Part shown: positions 56,140-64,000 of the stretch, one piece after another
How the letters are laid out: each line of letters begins with the position of its first letter
Position numbering within the stretch: position 1 is the stretch's first letter
Source: Eledone cirrhosa
Lineage: Eukaryota
Length of the DNA: 64,000 nt
NCBI GenBank assembly: GCA_964016885.1
Contig: OZ024740.1
Span: 424,886,001-424,950,000, forward strand
Reading direction: 5' to 3'
Made by a program: the position numbers and the translations under genes
Notes under the pieces: model-generated
The model's database searches: none
The model's input: the letters and a program-made list of their open reading frames with translations, nothing else
What the model was told of the DNA's origin: nothing

Positions 56140-58975
56140 TGTTCATATATTGTCAAAGTTCTTTCGTCACACATTATGTGACCTCTTCAGTCACTGGGGA
56201 TTCTTTTCTTTGTTTTTGAGCCTCTCCTTTGTTCTGTCCTACGCCATCTTGTTTTTGTGTGTGTTGTGTGCTTAGTTTGCGCATGTGTTATATCCGGGTG
56301 TCTGTGTGTTTATACTTGTTTATTTATTTGTTTATTTACATGTTACTGGTTGGTTGTTTGTTCTATGTGTGTGTTTTCATTTTGTCCTTAATTGTAAGTT
56401 GTGATGTTGCTGTTCCATTCATGTTTTCTATTTAATTTTGGTTGGAGTTCATTTATGTTTATTGCCTCTGTGATTTGTCTAAACATTGCGTCTTTTCTGT
56501 GTGTAGATTCTATTTTTATTTCTGTTCTCTAATTAACCCTTATGTTCTATTTTAGCATGTTGGTGGAGTACAGATGATTCTTTATTATCTTGAAACTCTC
56601 GCCGGTGTTCATTTATCGGTTCCCCTATACTACGAGCTGTCTCACCTATGTACACTATATTCTTATCTCTACATTGTCCTTCAGTACAACTTATGCTATA
56701 TACTACATTTCTAGTTTTACAGTTAATATGGCGGCTTAATTTACAGATTATACATTTCTTATCTATACAGGGAGGTCTTTGAAAAGGATATGTATTGCTA
56801 ATAAGTGTTTTTATGGAGGTACCTGGTCTTTCTACTATCTTAATATTGAGTTTATGCTTATCTAGGGCGCTTCTAAATTTGTAAGCTAATTTACCTCTAG
56901 GGGTTGTATCGATGAACATTACACTCTGGTATTTATTGCTATCATACTATGAGTTTATTCTATTAACCTTATTCCTAGTTCTTTCTATTCTATTCCAAAA
57001 TTTGCTCATATACAAGGGGTAGGTCCCATTTGTATCATTATTTACCATTTTTTCCCATTTGGTTCTGGCTCCTCTATATACTCTGATTTTATCTCTATGA
57101 TTGTAACCAGAGAACTGCATACGGTGGATGAAGTGTTGTATGTGTCTCTCTAGTTCATTGGGATTGCACATGCGGGACACGTTTCTCATCACCCGTACCA
57201 AATCCACAATTAGTATATTGATTTTGGTATGGTCCGAAATAGCTGAGTTTCGGTGGATTAGATATTTGGAAGTCATGGATTTGGCATAATGGGAATGGAG
57301 GATTTGTTTTTTGTTATTAATGGTATCTAACCAGAGCTCTGTGTCTAGTACAGGTAATCGATGGTTGGGGTGTTTGCTTGGGTAGTCTATAGTAACTCTA
57401 ATACTCTGGTGGATGGAGTTAGCTATTTGCTGGATGTTTTCCATTGTGTTTTTCTCTAATTCCTGACTGTTCTCTAGTGGGGGTGTTTTTACTACGATGT
57501 TTATATCATCAACGTAGCGGGAGTACATTATCAGGGTTAAGAGGTTGCTGTCTTCTAATTGTTCTTTAAGTTTAAGTTTAAGTCTATTGTCCCACCATAC
57601 CATGAATAGGTTAGCTATGTCACCTGCAATGCTAACACCAATGGCTGCTCCCTCCTCTTGGGCATATGTTTTTCTATTAAATTTGAACATATGTTCCTTA
57701 AGGGTTAATTTTATACTGGCCCCCACCGCATGTGCAATCATTTTCTTTCCTTCATCGTGGTTTTCGAGGGTCCATATGGCTCTGGTCCACCCGTTCCATC
57801 TATCTGTGTGGGTTTTCTTGGCCATTGAGGTAATGGTAGGTGGTCTGCCTCTTACTGGTCTTGTAGGGCACAGGTTGCTAAGGTCATATGTATCTATATA
57901 ATTATTACTATAGGTAAGTTTAAGTAGGAGTCCCAGCTCACTGGTATCAATCCCACGGAATACAACATTGCTCTCACTGATCATTTCTCCACACCAAAAT
58001 CCACGTCAATAGATGGATATAAGGACACAACATCCATACTATCTATTATGCAGTTTGTTAGGTCCCTAGATAGGTTACTCTCGCTGATTCTGCTGAGGAG
58101 GTCCTACGTGCTGTCACATATATCTGGGGACATTTCAATGATGGGGCGTATGATCAGGGAGAGGAAGTAGGAAAGTCTGTAGTTACTAGCAATGTTAGCT
58201 CCACAGACTGGCTGTTTTGGTGGTCCTGTGACAGGGTCACTGCTCGTTTTGTGGTCTTTTCGAAGCCTATACAACGCGGGCACGTCATTGTTCCAGGCCA
58301 GGAAGGTTGTTGGCATTCCTTTCGTTGGGATGCATTATATTTGTCCACATCACCATATGAGCATTGAGGTTTTTTTCCTATCCTCATGCTCTTGTGGTGT
58401 TACTTCTCTTGTGGTAGTGATGTGGGGTTGCATTGCCTGGATGTAGTTTAACAGACTGTCAATCGACATTCTGCCAGACTTGTCTGTTGGAAAGCATGCA
58501 CTCTCTCCATTACGCGAGCGCTGCATGAGCTTACGCAAGCCATTTGTAGATTTTTCTCCCAGTTGCTGGGCCTCCATTCTATTTTGCTTCTTGCTATACT
58601 GCTCTATAATATTTCTAAGTTTAGATCTAGCTATACTAAATTGTGCTTCTGTTTGTTCATCGACCTGCGACGGCAATTGCGTGCGTTTGTTAAAAGCTAA
58701 AGTCGTGGCGTGGACTCGTCGTAGGTCGAAGGACATATCGGAAGGATTATAAAAAGTAGAGTTCCGGGCTGCTGCTTTCTGTGTAATATTGCTATTGTTA
58801 TTGTTAGTTGTGTTGTTTCTATTTCTATTTCCACCAAGAGCCTGTTTGTCTTTCGTCTCTCCTTTGGGCATCGTTTGGCTTATGTCAGACACTGTGATCC
58901 CTGATTGACCAGCAGTTCTATTGGTAGGGATCGAAACTTTCCAGGTCAATCTCAATGGCCGATGACCATGGAGTT
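56140..58975 (-). pseudogene. Penelope-like retroelement (possibly Naiad-type), near full length, disrupted
   Basis: PTDKSGR, LRKDHK..PVCGA, QEEGAAIG, SRYVDD, LPVLD, then CIDKKCIIC...NVVYSISC...YIGET; premature TAG at 56947-56949 (frame continues YDSNKYQSVMFID); frameshifts; ends LNRKHEW near 56420; hammerhead-like motif 3' of the ORF. Confidence 0.85.
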
Positions 58976-59109
58976 CTGTGTCCTTCGTTTCTATATTTAT
59001 TTTAAAAAAAATGTTTATTCAAGGTTTCCCCTTAAAAAATTATTTTTCGTTTAGGATTGTTTTCGTTCGTTGTCTTGTCTATATATATATATATGTACAT
59101 ACACACACA

Positions 59110-59182
<73 letters not shown>

Positions 59183-59287
59183 ATGTGTGTGTATGTACAC
59201 AGAGGGGAAAGAGACCAGAGGGAGTGAAGGAGACGTCACACACACACTACACTCACACACATATATAACTATATAACTTCGTACATC

Positions 59288-59358
<71 letters not shown>

Positions 59359-60053
59359 ACATATATACATCAGCATTAACATAAAGCCAATCAATCTTAG
59401 AAGACATCAAAGAGAAGAGAGTGCCGCTCTAAGACGGGATTCCAAATTTCACAGGATATAAATGAAATCAAAATACCATATCTGAAATAGCAGCATTTCT
59501 GCCACCCAGTTTTACACCCCCATCAGTGTTGCTTGCAAGACTCTATCTCTAGCTGTACCACCCTTAATCATAATCTTTTCTATCTTCATAACACCATTAA
59601 AACTCTTTGTTCTTTATAGGGTTGCGATAGCTAGTTGTATAACCTAACACTTGCTAATAATGTTCCAGCCATGACTATCCCGCTTTTACCTTGTTTCAAA
59701 CACAATGTCTCCTTCGTTCCTTGTTAAGACAAAAATGACTGTGTGTGATTTGAATGAAATCTCGCTGGTATTTCTAGTAGATCAGGCAGTTACCTCAAAA
59801 GGCTCATTACCTCTTGAGGACAGGCACAGCAGGTGATGAGGGATTAATCGTTGAATCAATGCGGCAAAATCTATCGTTAATCTTGGTCTGGAGACAGGGT
59901 TAAAATGGTTTCAAATTAAAGGACTCCACTTGAAGTAGGAAGGAACTGTTGAAGGCAGATTAGGTTTACTAACGAATAAAGTGCATTCAATCCGATGATC
60001 TATTGCACAGTTTCTGTGGCCCAGTTTCGTTCACAAGGTTCAGCTCGACACAG

Positions 60054-60097
<44 letters not shown>

Positions 60098-60293
60098 TAG
60101 TTACACAACAGTTAGTTCAGCATACCGAGAACAATTGTTTCACCTTAGCGGTGGTGAACTAACTGTTGTGTAACCACTTCTACCTAACTCGTCCCATGGA
60201 CTGAGTGCTCTGCCACTACGAATATTACCTTCCAGTGTCCTACCTCTCTCTCTCTTCTCTCTCTCTCTCCATCTCTCTCTATCTGTCTGTCTA

Positions 60294-60329
<36 letters not shown>

Positions 60330-60390
60330 AAATAAAAATGCCGTAGACATTACCATACAATTCAATACAATATGAGAGAACATAATAATA

Positions 60391-60436
60391 GTACCACTGA
60401 TGATGTTGCAGATGTGCAACGAAAGAACTTTGATAG
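60391..60436 (+). ncRNA. Type I hammerhead, family I
   Basis: tacca-CTGATGA-t-gttgca-gatg-tgcaac-GAAA-gaa-CTT-tgata; stem I has one mismatch. Confidence 0.65.
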
Positions 60437-60639
60437 ACTATATATATATATTTATATCTGTATTTTTAACCATTGGTCAGTCAATAATAAACATCGATTG
60501 CCAAATAAATTAACTGTGGAGATATAAAAGAATCAGAAGCGAAAACCAACCAAACAGTGAGTGTGTTCTGTTATTATTTCTGGCAATATTATTACAACAA
60601 TATGATCCTCCCCAAGTATAACAATATATATATTTATCA

Positions 60640-60880
60640 CATGTATAGCTCTATATACAAAACGTTTTTTTCCATTTCAGATAGAGGCGCTCCATCATCC
60701 ACTTTTCTAAAAAAGTTTATTATACACAAAACGCCAGCATCAACAGTTTTCCAAGAGATAGCCACATGAATGGACCTATTATTTTTATCTAAAAATTTGT
60801 TTTCGGATTTCGCCCTGCCCATCCGATCTTCCTAATTTCTCATTGTTTCTTCTGATGAAGGAGTAGCGTCCGAAACGCTC
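60640..60880 (+). mobile_element. Third family A copy, truncated at the hammerhead
   Basis: Aligns with 2775-2990; tctt-CTGATGA-aggag-tagc-gtcc-GAAA-cg, then homology ends. Confidence 0.7.
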
Positions 60881-61404
60881 CACAAAAGAAAAACAAATAC
60901 TTCATAGGATGGCCGTTGACTCTTCGCCTTTTTGACGGCTTTTGTCTTTCATCCCACAGGGTTATATATTACCCGAAGAGCGACCTGACATACATACACA
61001 CATCTACCCAGGCATGCATACATACATGTGTATATACATACATACACACATTTACCCAGGCATACATACATATATGTGTACATACACGCATACACATACA
61101 CACATCTACCCAGGCATACATACATGTATACATACACACCTACACACATCTACCCATGCATACATACATATATACATACACACATACACACATCTATCCA
61201 GGCATACATACATAAATATATACATACATATAAACACACCTAGGTATACATACATTCATACATCCATACATACATACATGCATAAATACATACGTGCATA
61301 CATATACACATACATACACACAGATACATATATACATACAGAGATACATACATACACATACATACATATATACATACATACATATATACATATATACATA
61401 CACA

Positions 61405-62300
61405 TGGAATAAAGCCTGATATAAATCTCTCACCCAGAGAAATCGGAAGATCCTATTCAATGTTCAAACAAGAAAAAAAAATTGACCAATTTACAGAGAA
61501 AGTTGTGCATGGATACTTGAGGCGTAAAACACAGACCATAGAGGGGATAAACCACTCAAAAAGCCTGGCATGGAGTTCCGACAAGTTTATGACATCACAC
61601 CTTGAGGGATATCTCTATGCAATACAGGAACAAGAACTCCCTACCAAATATCTGCTGCACAAAAGAGGAGGGCCAGCAGCTGACAATAAATGTAGGCTAT
61701 GTAAAACAAAGATCGAGGATGTAAGCCACATTGTTGCCAGCTGCGAAAGAATGTCATCTCGCTACTACCTCCCCATGTGACACGATGGGATAGCTAGAAC
61801 TATCTGGAACGCACATCGGAAAACAAAATTAACAACAAACGAGGAAGAATATATTGAGACAGATGGCACTAAGGAATACTGGTGGAACCTGAAAATAAAA
61901 ACTGCCACCAAATTAAAGCACAACCGGCCTGATATTGTAGTTTGGGACCACACATTGAAAACGTGTTCTGTTGTGGAGATCAGCTGCCCACTTGATGTAA
62001 ACGTTGTCAGAAAAATACAGGAGAAGGAGGACATCTACGGACCATTGATGAGGAGTTTACAAATCCAGTATCCAAGATACACCTTTAGCTTCATACCCAT
62101 CATTATTGGTGCTACGGGTTATATACCAACCCGCTTGGACCAAAGTATGACCGAACTTGGATTTGCGGACAAAAAGCGCAGCTCCCTAATTCATAGTCTA
62201 CAAATGGCTGCGATAGCTGGCACCTTCAAAATATGCAAAACATTCTTGCAATTCAAGGGATGACAATTTCTTTTCTTTTACAACCTTGCCACCAGGAAGG
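61405..62300 (+). pseudogene. 5'-truncated R4/Dong-clade non-LTR retrotransposon (CCHC finger and restriction-like endonuclease)
   Basis: EGYLYAIQEQ, CRLC...HIVASC, *HD (RHD with a TGA), HNRPDIV and VEISCP; ORFs 61460..61780 and 61955..62263 are one frame. Confidence 0.85.
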
Positions 62301-62377
62301 TGGCCGGTCAAAAAAATATACTCGAAATTAAGAGAAAGAGAAAACATACATACACAGATATACATACATACATATAT

Positions 62378-62985
62378 GGTGGCTGCCAACTCGTTTTCGA
62401 GTACGGCCACTACTTTATATCCATGTAGGAGAACCCCTACTGATGCGCTGAACGAGTGTGATTTTTTACCCCAGCCAGCGACTTGAAAACTCTGGTACAA
62501 ACACTACACTTGTGACAATTATTGACACATAGTTCTGGGCCCATGGAACCATGTGATGACAAGTGCAGAGAGATCTCCAGATATAAAGCAATACCTGTGC
62601 CGTGAAGCTTTTATAGTGAGCAAAGGCACTGCACAGAGCCAGTCCCACTCTCTTAACCAAGATGATATTTACCAAAAAGAAGAACAAGTCAACATCATTG
62701 GATACCATCAGGGTTGCAGGTGTTATATCAGAGTTTTCCTTCTCCTAGAGTTCTGCCTTGACAAAGGCTAAGGGGTCATCTCTCCCGGTGATTTTGGATG
62801 GCCATTGACTCTTAAGAGCTCTTTGTCTTTGACAGGTTTTGTTTTTAGTCCTGCATGATGTCCAAAGTCACCCTCCTCACCAAGAAACCTTGGTGGGGTT
62901 GTCAGTTTAGTCGCCAACAACCCGACCATGAGACAGCTTGTACTGGGATACATGTTACCAGTAGCACCAACTGGTGACCTGACAT
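62378..62985 (-). mobile_element. Longer copy of the RTE-like non-autonomous repeat
   Basis: Matches 37651-38062 and extends about 190 bp further. Confidence 0.6.
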
Positions 62986-63765
62986 ATATTACATACATAC
63001 ATATATACATACATACATACACAGACATACATACATACATACACTCACAGATATACATACATACATACATACATACATACATACATACATACATACATAC
63101 ATACATACATACATACATACATACATACATAAATGGCGACCGTTGTGGTCAGTGTCCGATAATCGGACGTGTGTAATTACGGCTTACATGAAGGCAACAT
63201 ACCATATATTGGAAAAAGTTGAGCTACATTACGCGGTAAGATTACATACAATAATTCTACATAAGTGTTTTAACTGTAAGTGTGTTGTAAAACACCTATT
63301 TATATGAACGATACATACACTTATGATATATGAACGATACATACACTTTAACATATAAATGCAACGTTGTTATATTACATTTATAAAGAAATATACAAGT
63401 AACGTTTTCGATTCAGAAACAAAAATATAAGTGTTTGAACTGTGAATATGTTGTGAATAAGTTGTAGAACACCTATTTATATGAATGATACATAAACTTT
63501 AACATATAAATACAGCTTTGTTATATTATATTACATTCATAAAGGAATATACTAAATAACGGTTCTTTTTGTTCTCGATTCAAACGATTCAAGAATAACG
63601 TTTAAAACACAGTTGTAGAATTAAAAACTAACTGAAAAGAAATATTACCCAAGCTGTGAATAACTTTAAATTTGATTCTGACAGAACTTTGTCGTAACTT
63701 TTAAAGAAGATCATCGACTATTTTGAAAAATAAATACGAAATATTAGTGAATAGACGAACTCATC

Positions 63766-63990
63766 ATGGCAAAAAGTACAAGTCTCCTTCGACCAAATCG
63801 CAACTACAACCGTTGTACACAGTGGAGCTATGAGCTTAACAAAGTATTATATGAAGCATACAAACAATCTGAACCCCAAAAGTTCGGTTTTATGCAAAGG
63901 CTAAAAACTTTATGGAACTCCAAACACACCCAGAATTAGACTTTTCTCCAAAGCATTTAAATGAATAGGCAAAACGTATCATTAGATGTA
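63766..63990 (+). pseudogene. N-terminal relic of an R4/Dong-like ORF
   Basis: MAKS...QWSYELNKVLYEAYKQSEPQKFGFMQRLKTLWNSKH, a frameshift, then PELDFSPKHLNE*AKRII; resembles the N-terminal domain of R4/Dong proteins. Confidence 0.5.
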
Positions 63991-64000
63991 TATTGATACA

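Noticed and set aside
56533-58955. Selenocysteine recoding as in some Naiad PLEs
   Set aside because: The interruptions I checked are a TAG replacing a likely Trp codon and frameshifts, not in-frame TGA at Cys positions; no SECIS recognised.
61778-61780. Programmed readthrough TGA in the R4/Dong ORF
   Set aside because: It falls on the Arg of the conserved RHD motif, so CGA>TGA CpG decay is the simple explanation.

Overview
Eukaryotic, AT-rich, repeat-saturated DNA. The SINE types and dense (TA)n/(CA)n/(TACA)n microsatellites suggest a cephalopod (Octopus-like) genome; this is inference only. I found no supportable host gene, and nearly all ORFs in the track are microsatellite translations. 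The real coding material is all transposon-derived: a near full-length Tx1/L1-clade LINE with a 21-bp target-site duplication (TSD) and an in-frame internal deletion, two further truncated copies of it, two Penelope-like elements (RT + GIY-YIG), and R4/Dong, Hero, CRE, RTE and mariner relics. There are also about 20 tRNA-derived SINEs, a non-autonomous Helitron, a mariner-type MITE and several minisatellites. The most notable signal is non-coding. Many 150-450 bp islands between (TA)n tracts carry minimal type I hammerhead ribozyme motifs (stem I-CUGANGA-stem II-GAAA-short, often palindromic stem III-NUH-stem I) from about a dozen unrelated sequence families. They occur as a 310-bp tandem array, as circularly permuted monomers and as fold-back palindromes, and include a U3-A8 core variant and long stem II variants. 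This looks like a diverse population of microsatellite-targeted, Penelope-mobilised retrozyme-like elements. All folds were read by eye and none was computed; coordinates may be off by a few bases.
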